Assembly: GCA_034435155.1 (NCBI GenBank)
Contig: DAOTYG010000324.1
Coordinates: 13,622-77,621, forward strand
From: Anaerolineae bacterium
Lineage (GTDB): Bacteria; Chloroflexota; JAHJIN01
Length of the DNA: 64,000 nucleotides
Direction of reading: 5' to 3'
Shown: positions 36,435 through 44,819 of the stretch, piece by piece
How the letters are laid out: every line of letters starts with the position of its first letter
Numbering within the stretch: position 1 is the first letter of the stretch
Made by a program: the position numbers and the translations under genes
The notes under the pieces: model-generated
What the model saw: only the letters and a program-made list of their open reading frames with translations
Told to the model about the DNA's origin: nothing
The model's database searches: none

Positions 36435-36526
36435 GGACTTTGGACCACACCACAAGGAGGAGTAGAGGCTTTAGCCGGTCGTGCCCACAAGACCTGCAGG
36501 CTCGACTCCAGAATTGTCCAAAGTCC
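36435..36526. repeat. MITE-like element, GGACTTTGGACAA family
   Basis: GGACTTTGGACC ... TTGTCCAAAGTCC termini; located 60 nt upstream of the giant membrane protein gene. Confidence 0.85.
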
Positions 36527-36584
36527 AGTATAGTAGGTTTGAAAGCCCTCGCCCCCAGGTGAGGAAAGCGGAGAGGAGCGGCCT

Positions 36585-39500
36585 ATGCGCTGTCCCCAGT
36601 GCGGTCACGAGAACCTGCACCCCCCGGCCCCCTGCCCGGACTGCGGTTTCACCGGCGACGCAGCCCAATTGGAGGAGCTGGCCCACATCGCCTACCTGCT
36701 GGCCGAATCGGACACGTGGGGGGACCTGCCGCCGGATGCGGTCAGGCGACTGCGCGACCGGTATACGCAGCAGCGCAACGAGCTGGAGGTGGCATTGGGC
36801 CTGCGCCAGCGGCCCCTCACGCCAGACGAGGTCCGCCCGGCCTGGCAGGAGGTCCGCTACCTGGAAGTGCTGCTGGCCCGGCTGCCCTCTTGGACACAGA
36901 AGGGGTGGGTGCGCCCGGAGGTCGCAGACACGCTCATCGCCGGGGCGCAGAAACGCCGCCAGGAACTACAAGCCCGCCTGACCGCAACGCCTCGCGCCCT
37001 GGCGTTGGAGCCGGCCCCCGACGCCGTGGCCCAGCTCCGCTACCTGCGCCGGGCGTTGAAGGACCTGTACGACCGGGGCGATCTGGCCGACGAGGCCGCC
37101 TACGCCGCCGCCGTCGCGGAGTTAGACGCCGAGATCGAGGCAGTGGAAGTGAAGCTGGGCCGGCGACCTGGCCCGGCCCCCAAACCGGCCGCCGTGGAAG
37201 CCGCCCGGCCGGCTCCTGCCCCTGCCCCCCGCAGGCCCCGCCAGCCGATCACCGGGGAGCGCGTCCTGCAAGCCATCCTCTCGGAACGCACTTTGCGGGC
37301 CATGCTGTTCCTGGGCGTGTTCCTGCTCTTCGCCGCCGGGCTGATCCTGGTGGTCTTTAACTGGGACCGTTTCCCGCCACTGGCGCAGTTGCTCTTCCTG
37401 GCCGCCTTCACCTTCTCCTTCTTCGCCCTGGGCTGGTACGTGCGCATGAAGATGCGCCTGCGCAACTCTGGCCTGGCCCTCACGGCCATCGGCGCGCTGC
37501 TCATCCCGCTGGACTTTTATGCGATCTACCTGAGCGGGCATCTGGAATCCTACGTTACGCCGGCGCAGTTCTGGCTCATCGCCTCGGCCTTCTGCCTGCT
37601 GGTCTACACGGCCACGACCTACGCGGTGGAGGCCGAGTTCTTCGGCTACCTGGTGGCGGCGGCGGCCGGAAGCCTGCTCTGCGCGGCGATGCGGGTGGCC
37701 GGTCTCTCGCCAGACTGGTATCCCGGCGCGCTGGGTCTGCTGGCCCTGCTCGTCGCGCCCCTGGCCCAATGGACGAAGAGCGCGGGCCGCTGGCGGGTGT
37801 TCCACCTTCCCCTGTGGTATTCCGCGCTCCTGGCGGTGACAGCTATCTTGCCGGTGGGCCTGGGCCTGTACGCGGTGGGGCTGGCCGGGGGTGACGAGTT
37901 CCGGGCCTCGCTGGCCCTGGCTTGGTGGCTGGGCGGCGCGGTCTACACCCTGGGCGCGCGGCGATTCCGCTCGCGGACGCTGGGTGTGGGCGCAGCCCTC
38001 GCGCTGCCGGCCGCTGTCTACCTGACCCAGTCGCCTCTCTTTGACCGCTGGCAGGTGCCGCTGGCCTGGCACGCCCTGGGCTGGGCGCTCCTGGCCTCGC
38101 TCTACCTGGTCGCCGGCCGGAGGCTGCAATCCCGCAACAGCCGCCACGCGCGCACTCTCCTCGTGGCAAGCCCAACGTTGGCGATGGTATCCGCCCCCTG
38201 GTCGTTTATCAGCTTCACCCGCGCCCTGGACGCGGCGACGGCGACCTATGCCGTGTTGACCCTGGCGGCGATCCTGGCGGCGGCGTTGTGGCAGCGGCCA
38301 CGCGCGCTCCTGGTCGCCAGCTTCTGCGCGCTGGTCTCACTGACGGCCGGCATGTGGGCGCGCGACCTGGCCTTCGCCCACCTCAGCCTGGGCTGGGCGC
38401 TGCTGGCCGTGGCGCATCTGGCGTTGGCGGTGGGTCTCCAGAAGCGGCCGGCCTACGCCGCGCCGGTCTACCTGGCCGGGTTCATCGTCGCCGCGCTGGC
38501 CCTGGTCCCGCCGCTGGTGACGCTGAACCGGGCCGTGCTGATCTACGCCCTGGGCAACTGGATCGCCCTGGCCGGCTGGACGGCCTGGCTGGTCGGGACC
38601 GGTCGGCACGCCGGCCTCAACGCGATCCTGCGGGGCCGCACAGTCAGCCTGCCGCACTGGGCCGCCGCCCTGCCCATCCCGGCCTGGCTCTGGCTGGTCT
38701 GGATGCACAACTGGCCCTACCGGCGGTTCGATCCGGCCTGGCTGGGGATAGGATTCGCGCTGTTGGCGTGGGGTTTGGTTTTCCTGGGTCGCAGGTTGCA
38801 AAGCAAATCGGCAAATGGGCAAATTTGCAAATTCGTTGATTTGCCGATTTGCTGGCCGTGGTACGTGGTTGGCTACATCACCAGCGCGCTGGCGCCCCTC
38901 GCCGGGCTGTGGTATTTCAATGGCGAACGGCTGCTGGTGGCCTCGGTCTTGGCGCTTATCTCCGCGCTCTACTTTGTCTCGGCGTGGATGTTCCGACGGC
39001 GGGTGTGGCTGGCGCCGGCCGGGCTGACGCTGCCGGTGGCCTGGCTGTTTGTCCTGTCCGAACGCGGGATGCCGGTCGCCGTCACCGGCGCGCTGCTGGC
39101 CCTCGCGCCGACGGCCTACCTGCTGGCCGGGTTGCTGCTGGTGCGCGTCCGGCGCGTGGAAAGGGATTTTCTGCTGCCGCTGAACTGCGTGGCCCACGGA
39201 CTGGCCGCGCTGGCCCTGCTGTGGAGCCTGGCCCCGCTGGGGATCAGCCTGCTCCAGCACGGCGAATGGGCCGATACCGACCGCCTCTGGGCTGCCGGGT
39301 GTCAACTGCTCCTGGCGGCGGTCTATGGGCTGGTGGCCTGGGACTTGCGCCGCGAGCGGTGGGGTCACGTGGCGGCCTGGTTGAGCGTGGCGGCCGGCGG
39401 GATCGTCGCCACAGCCTTCAGCGAGGGGCATGGCTCGTCGGCGGCCAAGGCGGCTCTGCTGGCCGTGGCCTACGTGCTGGCGGAGCGTGTGCTGTATGCC

Positions 39501-42326
39501 CTGCGCAATCGGTGGACGCATGGTTCTGCGGCCTGGCCCCTATATCGCCGGCCGCTGCTGGTGGCCGGGTGGGCCGTGTCGGGTGGAGCCATCGGGCTGG
39601 CCCTGTTCCGCAACCTGGTGTTGCTGGGGGCCGGGCGCGAGCAGCAAATCTGGGCCGTTGTCGGGTTGGGGATCATCGTGGGGTTATACGCGCTGGCGGC
39701 CCGGCTGTTCCGCCGCGCCGTCTTCGCCTGGCTGGCGGCCGCGCTCGTGGCGGCCCCGTGGACGATCCTAACCCACCTGGGGTGGTTCGTCTGGCCGGCG
39801 GAGCCGCGCCTGCCGACCTACGCGCTGGCCTGGCTCATCCTGGCCTACCTCTTGCTGGCCGTGGGACTGTGGCTGGAATGGCGCGGCGCGCGCGCCTGCG
39901 GCTTTGCGCCCCGTGTGGTGGCCCACGTCCTCGTCCCGTTCAGCCTCCTCTGGTGCGTGGCCGACGTCCCTATCGCCTACGTCGCCTGGGGGCTGGGCGT
40001 GGCCTTCTATGTGGCCTCGGCCGTGGCGGACCATCTGCGGATGCCCGGCCGGCCGCTGGCCTCGCGCTTTATCTACCCGGCGGCGATGTTGACCCCGGCC
40101 TGGGCGGTCTACCTGCTGGCCCAGTTCGCGCCGACGGCGACGCACCTGAACTACGGCTGGCTGCTGCTGGCCTGTGGGCCGACGGGCCTGGCGGTCGGGA
40201 TTCTCTTGCGCCGCGCGCCTGCTGGCGGGCAGGCCGATGCGCTGCCCCCCTACCTGGCGGCCTATGGCAGCGCGCTGGTGGGGACCATGCTGGTGGCCCA
40301 CGACCGGCCCTGGCTCATCGCCGCGCTCCTGTTCGACGCCGGGCTGTGCGTCTTCTCCGCCTGGCTGCACCGGAAGCCGCTGTGGGGCTACCCGGCGGCG
40401 GCCTTCCCGGTCGGCGCGCTGTGGCTGGCGCTGGCCCACTTCAATATAGCCCCCAATCGCCACGGCTGGGCGCTCATCGCCCTGGGCGCGGCCTACCTGG
40501 TGCTGGCCCACACGCTGCGCTCGTTTGAGTTGCGCCACTACGCCGCGCCGTTGATCGCCGTGGCCTACGTGGCCGTGTCCCTGGGACTGCCGCCCTCCAG
40601 TCGTGACCTGGACGGCGCGCTCGTGGGGTATGCGTTTGCCGCAACGATCTACGCACTCTCGGCGGCCTGGCTGCGGCAGCCGCTGTTGCTGACGCCGGCC
40701 CTGGCGCTCTCGGCGGTCCCCTACGCCGTGGTGTTGTATCGCCTGCCCATCCCGACCGCCGACTATGGCCTGTGGCTCTGGCCGGGCATCGCCGTGGCCC
40801 TGGTCATCGCCCACGTGCTGGATTCCAGCCTGGGTGCGCCGCGCGATTTTCCCTGGTCGCAGCCGGCCCGCTGGCTGCCCACCCTCGCCGAACGCTGGCT
40901 GACCTGGCCGGGCTTGCCGTTCTACGTGGCCGCCTTCCTGGGGGCTATCGTCTCCGTGGGGCTGTCGTGGCGGTGGGGCACGGCCCTGCACGTGTCCGCG
41001 ACCCTGGGGTTGACGGCAGCGGCCTGTGGCCTGGCGGCGTATCGCTTCCGCCTGCGCGTCTGGTTGTTGGCGGCCGGGGCGTCGGCCCAACTGGCCGCGC
41101 TCATGCTGATCTACTACCTCACAGGTGTGTGGCGGCCGGCCGACTATGCGCTGGCCTTCCTGCCGGTCACGGTCGCCACCGCACTCCTGGCGTTGGTCAT
41201 CGAGCGACGGTTGGGCGAGGTATCGCCGCTGGCCGGTTGGCTGAGTCCCCTGGTCGGCTGGTCGCGCCCGCTCTATGCCCTGCTGGTGGTGGACTTGCTC
41301 GTGGGCCAGGTGGCGGCCCTGGGCGATGGCGGGCCGGGCGGCGCGGTCTCGCTGGGCCACGCCCTGCTGCTGGCGGTGTTCGCCTCGGCCTGGGCATTGC
41401 CGGCCCTGGCCTACGCGGCGGCCGGCTGGACGTTGCTGCCGCTGCTCCAGTGGCTGGACCGCTATCAGGTCTCCCAGACCGACCGGCCGGTCTGGCTGGC
41501 GTTCCTGGCCGTCGGCGGGATCGCTGGCTATGGGCTGACCTTCGCGCGCCGGGAGCGAGAAGCCCTGCCCATCTGGCTTGGCGTCTGGGAGAAGCCGCTG
41601 AGCCGGGTTGGGCTGGCCTTCGCGTCGTTGGCGTTGCTCTGGGCCGTGCTGGTTGGCGGATGGGATGTGCTTGGGCTGACGATCCGCGCCCTGTTCGAGC
41701 AGCCGGTGGCGTCGGCCCAGTCGCCGGCCGTGGGGATGACCATCGCCGTGCTGGCCCTGGCCGGGCTGGTCTACCTGGCGGCGGCGCTGGTGGAGCGGTG
41801 GGAGTGGCTGGGTTACGGCGCGGTGGCGCTGCTGTTGGCCGCCTATGGCCTGTGGGCGTTGCTGTTCCTGGGCCAGCGTGAGGCGCAGTGGTACGCGGTG
41901 CCGGCCGGCGTCTACCTGCTGGGCGTGGGCTACGGGGAGTGGCGGGTCGGGCGGCGGGCGTTGGCCCGCTGGGTGGACTGGACCGCGCTGGTCGTGCTGT
42001 TCGGCTCCGTCTTCCTGCAATCGCTGTTCCCGGATCGCTGGCTGTATACGCTGCTGATGGTGGGCGAGGGGCTGGCGGTGCTCGTGTGGGGCAGCGCGCG
42101 GCGGCTGCGGCGGTTCCTGTATGCCGGCGTCGCCGGGGTGGTGCTGGCCGTCGTCGGGCAGATGCTCAGCCAGACCTTGCGGTCGGTCAGCGGGTTGGGC
42201 ACCGCGCTGGTGCTGGGCGTCGTGGGCCTGGCGATCCTGTTGTTCGCGCTCCTGGTGGAGTGGCGGCTGGAGGCGGTGAAGCGGCTGTCGAGGGAACTGC
42301 GGGAGCGGCTGGAGGGGTGGGAGTGA
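36585..42326 (+). CDS. Giant (1913 aa) polytopic integral membrane protein with N-terminal zinc ribbon and ~200-aa cytoplasmic helical region followed by ~45 predicted TM helices
   Basis: ATG with GGAGAGGAG RBS; CPQCGH...CPDCGF zinc ribbon; uninterrupted hydrophobic helix periodicity to the C-terminus; alternative-frame ORFs in this interval are Arg/Pro/Gly-rich GC artefacts. Confidence 0.75.
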   Translation: MRCPQCGHENLHPPAPCPDCGFTGDAAQLEELAHIAYLLAESDTWGDLPPDAVRRLRDRYTQQRNELEVALGLRQRPLTPDEVRPAWQEVRYLEVLLARLPSWTQKGWVRPEVADTLIAGAQKRRQELQARLTATPRALALEPAPDAVAQLRYLRRALKDLYDRGDLADEAAYAAAVAELDAEIEAVEVKLGRRPGPAPKPAAVEAARPAPAPAPRRPRQPITGERVLQAILSERTLRAMLFLGVFLLFAAGLILVVFNWDRFPPLAQLLFLAAFTFSFFALGWYVRMKMRLRNSGLALTAIGALLIPLDFYAIYLSGHLESYVTPAQFWLIASAFCLLVYTATTYAVEAEFFGYLVAAAAGSLLCAAMRVAGLSPDWYPGALGLLALLVAPLAQWTKSAGRWRVFHLPLWYSALLAVTAILPVGLGLYAVGLAGGDEFRASLALAWWLGGAVYTLGARRFRSRTLGVGAALALPAAVYLTQSPLFDRWQVPLAWHALGWALLASLYLVAGRRLQSRNSRHARTLLVASPTLAMVSAPWSFISFTRALDAATATYAVLTLAAILAAALWQRPRALLVASFCALVSLTAGMWARDLAFAHLSLGWALLAVAHLALAVGLQKRPAYAAPVYLAGFIVAALALVPPLVTLNRAVLIYALGNWIALAGWTAWLVGTGRHAGLNAILRGRTVSLPHWAAALPIPAWLWLVWMHNWPYRRFDPAWLGIGFALLAWGLVFLGRRLQSKSANGQICKFVDLPICWPWYVVGYITSALAPLAGLWYFNGERLLVASVLALISALYFVSAWMFRRRVWLAPAGLTLPVAWLFVLSERGMPVAVTGALLALAPTAYLLAGLLLVRVRRVERDFLLPLNCVAHGLAALALLWSLAPLGISLLQHGEWADTDRLWAAGCQLLLAAVYGLVAWDLRRERWGHVAAWLSVAAGGIVATAFSEGHGSSAAKAALLAVAYVLAERVLYALRNRWTHGSAAWPLYRRPLLVAGWAVSGGAIGLALFRNLVLLGAGREQQIWAVVGLGIIVGLYALAARLFRRAVFAWLAAALVAAPWTILTHLGWFVWPAEPRLPTYALAWLILAYLLLAVGLWLEWRGARACGFAPRVVAHVLVPFSLLWCVADVPIAYVAWGLGVAFYVASAVADHLRMPGRPLASRFIYPAAMLTPAWAVYLLAQFAPTATHLNYGWLLLACGPTGLAVGILLRRAPAGGQADALPPYLAAYGSALVGTMLVAHDRPWLIAALLFDAGLCVFSAWLHRKPLWGYPAAAFPVGALWLALAHFNIAPNRHGWALIALGAAYLVLAHTLRSFELRHYAAPLIAVAYVAVSLGLPPSSRDLDGALVGYAFAATIYALSAAWLRQPLLLTPALALSAVPYAVVLYRLPIPTADYGLWLWPGIAVALVIAHVLDSSLGAPRDFPWSQPARWLPTLAERWLTWPGLPFYVAAFLGAIVSVGLSWRWGTALHVSATLGLTAAACGLAAYRFRLRVWLLAAGASAQLAALMLIYYLTGVWRPADYALAFLPVTVATALLALVIERRLGEVSPLAGWLSPLVGWSRPLYALLVVDLLVGQVAALGDGGPGGAVSLGHALLLAVFASAWALPALAYAAAGWTLLPLLQWLDRYQVSQTDRPVWLAFLAVGGIAGYGLTFARREREALPIWLGVWEKPLSRVGLAFASLALLWAVLVGGWDVLGLTIRALFEQPVASAQSPAVGMTIAVLALAGLVYLAAALVERWEWLGYGAVALLLAAYGLWALLFLGQREAQWYAVPAGVYLLGVGYGEWRVGRRALARWVDWTALVVLFGSVFLQSLFPDRWLYTLLMVGEGLAVLVWGSARRLRRFLYAGVAGVVLAVVGQMLSQTLRSVSGLGTALVLGVVGLAILLFALLVEWRLEAVKRLSRELRERLEGWE
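38803..38852. repeat. Palindromic heptamer-family tract GCAAATCGGCAAAT...ATTTGCCGATTTGC inside the giant membrane protein CDS (in frame)
   Basis: AT-richer 50-nt palindrome embedded in a 70% GC CDS; same GATTTGC/GCAAATC heptamer family as the intergenic tracts. Confidence 0.85.
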
Positions 42327-42329
42327 GCG

Positions 42330-42411
42330 GATTGGCAAATGGCAGATTGCAAATGGCAAATTGCAGATTGCAGATTGCAAATTGCAGATTGCAGATTGCA
42401 GATTGCAAATT
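42330..42411. repeat. Heptanucleotide tandem repeat (GATTGCA/AATGGCA)x11
   Basis: 7-bp periodicity between giant membrane gene stop and four-helix-bundle start. Confidence 0.95.
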
Positions 42412-42426
42412 ATGGAAGGAGGGGCT

Positions 42427-42828
42427 ATGACGTATGAGGAGTGGGAGCGGCAGGTGGCGGGGGAGATCAAGGCGGATGCGTTGTGGCAGATGGATGTGTA
42501 TCGGCTGGCGTTGTATCTCTACGACCTGGCCTGGGATGATTGCGAGACGCTAATGAGGGATGCGCGGGGCAGGGCGATAGTGGAGCAACTTATCCGCAGC
42601 GCTGGATCGGTGGCGGCCAACATAGAGGAAGGGTTTGGCCGGGGTTTTGGCAAGGGATACGCCTACTTTCTGCGCATCTCTCTCGGCTCGGCCCGCGAGA
42701 CCCGGGGCTGGTACTATCGAAGCCGCCGTTTGTTGCCCCCGGCCGTGATCAAGCATCGCCTGGACCTGCTGAGCCAGATCGTCGCGATCCTCGTCACGGC
42801 CGCGCACCAACAGAGACAGCGCAAGTAG
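42427..42828 (+). CDS. Four-helix-bundle protein (TIGR02436 / 23S rRNA intervening-sequence protein family, Avd-like)
   Basis: Motifs SVAANIEEGFGRG, YFLRISLGSARETRGWYY typical of PF05635; start at ATG 42427 with GGAAGGAGGGG RBS, since the ORF-track N-terminus is repeat-derived. Confidence 0.75.
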   Translation: MTYEEWERQVAGEIKADALWQMDVYRLALYLYDLAWDDCETLMRDARGRAIVEQLIRSAGSVAANIEEGFGRGFGKGYAYFLRISLGSARETRGWYYRSRRLLPPAVIKHRLDLLSQIVAILVTAAHQQRQRK

Positions 42829-42920
42829 CAGATTGCGGATTGCAGATTGCAGATTGCAGATTGCGGATTGCAGATTGCAATTCGCAATTTGCAATTTGCA
42901 ATTCGCAATTCGCAATTTGC
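42828..42920. repeat. Heptanucleotide repeats (GCAGATT)x7 then (GCAATTY)x6 forming a long imperfect palindrome
   Basis: 7-bp periodicity; second half is a near reverse complement of the first half. Confidence 0.95.
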
Positions 42921-42936
42921 CAGGAGCTAGAATCCC

Positions 42937-44202
42937 ATGAACAAGTATCTGAAGTGGCTCGTGACCCTGAGTGGCCTGGCCCTGATGCTGCTGGGCGTGC
43001 CGATGCTGCTGGGGGTCTGCGTGCTGATGCTGGCGTTGGCCGGAGGCGCGGGCGAGCTTGACGCGCTGTCTTTCAGCCTGAGCATGGCCCTTTTCCTGAC
43101 CATGACCTTCGGCTGCGGCGGGGTGGCCTTTTACCACGGGATGTGCGCGCTGATCGGCCGGCCCTCCGGGTCGCTGCGGTTGCCGCCGGCCTGGGCGCTG
43201 GGCGGGAGTTTCGTCCTGGCGCTGGTCGCGGGCCTGCTGATGCACGAGGCCGTGTGCGTTGCGCCGCTGATATTTCCACTGCTCTTCCTCCTGGCGGTGG
43301 CGTTGCCGCCGGTGACGGGGGTGGCAGTGATGGTGGACCGGCACCCCGGCGCGCTCACCTGGCGCCGGGCGCTGGTGGCCTTCTGCGCCGGGGCCACGGT
43401 CTCGACGAGCCTGGCGATCGTGTTGAACACCCTGCTGCCGGGCCTGCTGCTCGCCCTGGTGTGGGGCCTGGCCGACCAGGTGTTGCCGGCCCTGGAGAAG
43501 CTGCTGGACGCGCTGGCCGGGGGCCGGGTGGCCGACGCGCTGACCTCGCGGGGCTTCCTGTTCGCGCTGGTGGAGCTGGCGATCATCGCGCCGTTTGGGG
43601 AGGAGTTCTTGAAGCCGATGGTGGTGTTGCCGCTGCTCAAGCGGCTGGGGCGGCGCGATGCGTTGCTCTTGGGGGCCTGCGCCGGGGCCGGGTTCGCGGC
43701 CCTGGAGGATGCGCTGTACGCCGGCTTCGGGTTGCCGGTCTGGGCCGGCATCCTGTTGCTGCGGGCGATGGGCGCGCCCCTGCACTCGCTGGGGGCCGGG
43801 CTGACGACGATGGGCTGGTGGGAGGTGTTCCAGCGCCGGCCAGACGCCGGCCGGCATTGGCTGGAACGCTACGGGCTGGCCGTGGGCATCCATGCCCTGT
43901 GGAACGGCGGCTCGTGGCTGGTGATCGCGCTGATCCTGGCCGGTTTCTTCGGGCCGGTGCCGGAGATAAGTCTCCTGGGCTTGCCGGAGGTGGGCCTTCT
44001 GCTGGCGCTGCTGGCCGTGGAGGGCGCGGCCATCTGGATCGGGGCGCGGGCGCTGTCCCGACGACTCCTCCCGGCCGGGGAAGCCCGGCCCGCGCACGAG
44101 GGAATGCCTGTCGAGCGGGCACTGGCGATCTGGGCCGTCGTCTGCCTGGCCGTGCTGGTGCCGGTGGGTTTGACGATCTTGCGGTCGTGGTGGATTCTGT
44201 AG
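42937..44202 (+). CDS. PrsW-like intramembrane metalloprotease family membrane protein
   Basis: Multi-TM protein with PrsW signature order: GEEFLKP (EExxK), AALEDALY (FxxxE), HALWNG (HxxxN). Confidence 0.65.
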   Translation: MNKYLKWLVTLSGLALMLLGVPMLLGVCVLMLALAGGAGELDALSFSLSMALFLTMTFGCGGVAFYHGMCALIGRPSGSLRLPPAWALGGSFVLALVAGLLMHEAVCVAPLIFPLLFLLAVALPPVTGVAVMVDRHPGALTWRRALVAFCAGATVSTSLAIVLNTLLPGLLLALVWGLADQVLPALEKLLDALAGGRVADALTSRGFLFALVELAIIAPFGEEFLKPMVVLPLLKRLGRRDALLLGACAGAGFAALEDALYAGFGLPVWAGILLLRAMGAPLHSLGAGLTTMGWWEVFQRRPDAGRHWLERYGLAVGIHALWNGGSWLVIALILAGFFGPVPEISLLGLPEVGLLLALLAVEGAAIWIGARALSRRLLPAGEARPAHEGMPVERALAIWAVVCLAVLVPVGLTILRSWWIL

Positions 44203-44231
44203 ACCGCTGACGGCCGACGAAGGAGTGCCCT

Positions 44232-44795
44232 ATGCAACGCCTCTCACATCTATTGAACAAGCCCAACCTGTGGATCGTGATCCTGCTGCTGGCGGCGAAC
44301 GGCGCGGCGTGGATATTTGCATTGACTCCCCAGATGACGCGCGTGGTGGAGCCGCGCCTGGAGCCGGACCTGGCCGACCTGCGCCAGAAGCTCATCGAGG
44401 GCGGTCACTCCGGCGAGCGGTTCACCATCGTCATCACCAACCAGGAGGCGGAGGAGACCATCGCCTGGTATCTGCAAGGCCACCCCAACGTCCCCTTTGC
44501 CAATCCCCGCGTGCAGATTCATCCGGGCTACGTGGAGGCGTGGGGCGAGGCGCGGCTGGCCGGGCTGCGCATTGACCTGCACGGCCGGGCGCGCGTTGAG
44601 CTGCGGGATGAGAAGCCGGTCGTCATCGTCGAGGAGCTGGGCCTGGCCGGGCTCGTGGTGCCGGACGCCGTCCGACAGCGCATCCAGCAGGAGCTGGACG
44701 CCCAGTTCGACCTGAGCGACCAGCAGTTGCCGGTGATCCTCAGCCGTTTTGAGTTGCAAGAGGGCCAGGCGGTCATCGAGGGGACGATCCGCTAG
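44232..44795 (+). CDS. Hypothetical membrane-anchored protein
   Basis: ATG with AAGGAG RBS, single N-terminal TM helix, no recognisable domain. Confidence 0.55.
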   Translation: MQRLSHLLNKPNLWIVILLLAANGAAWIFALTPQMTRVVEPRLEPDLADLRQKLIEGGHSGERFTIVITNQEAEETIAWYLQGHPNVPFANPRVQIHPGYVEAWGEARLAGLRIDLHGRARVELRDEKPVVIVEELGLAGLVVPDAVRQRIQQELDAQFDLSDQQLPVILSRFELQEGQAVIEGTIR

Positions 44796-44819
44796 CGGAA
44801 GCGGCTGGCCTGGTTGCCC

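Noticed and set aside
37122-42470. Multiple long ORFs (341-900 aa, both strands) overlapping the giant membrane-protein gene
   Set aside because: All are Arg/Pro/Gly/Gln-rich without hydrophobic periodicity or start signals. The 36585..42326 frame alone has an RBS, a zinc ribbon and consistent TM-helix composition.
42427-42828. Diversity-generating retroelement (the four-helix-bundle protein is the Avd family)
   Set aside because: No reverse transcriptase ORF and no template-repeat/variable-repeat pair detectable in the surrounding 10 kb. The flanking repeats are simple heptamers.
42550-44097. 515-aa minus-strand ORF
   Set aside because: Antisense to the PrsW-like gene; its N-terminal part is just the translated heptamer repeat.
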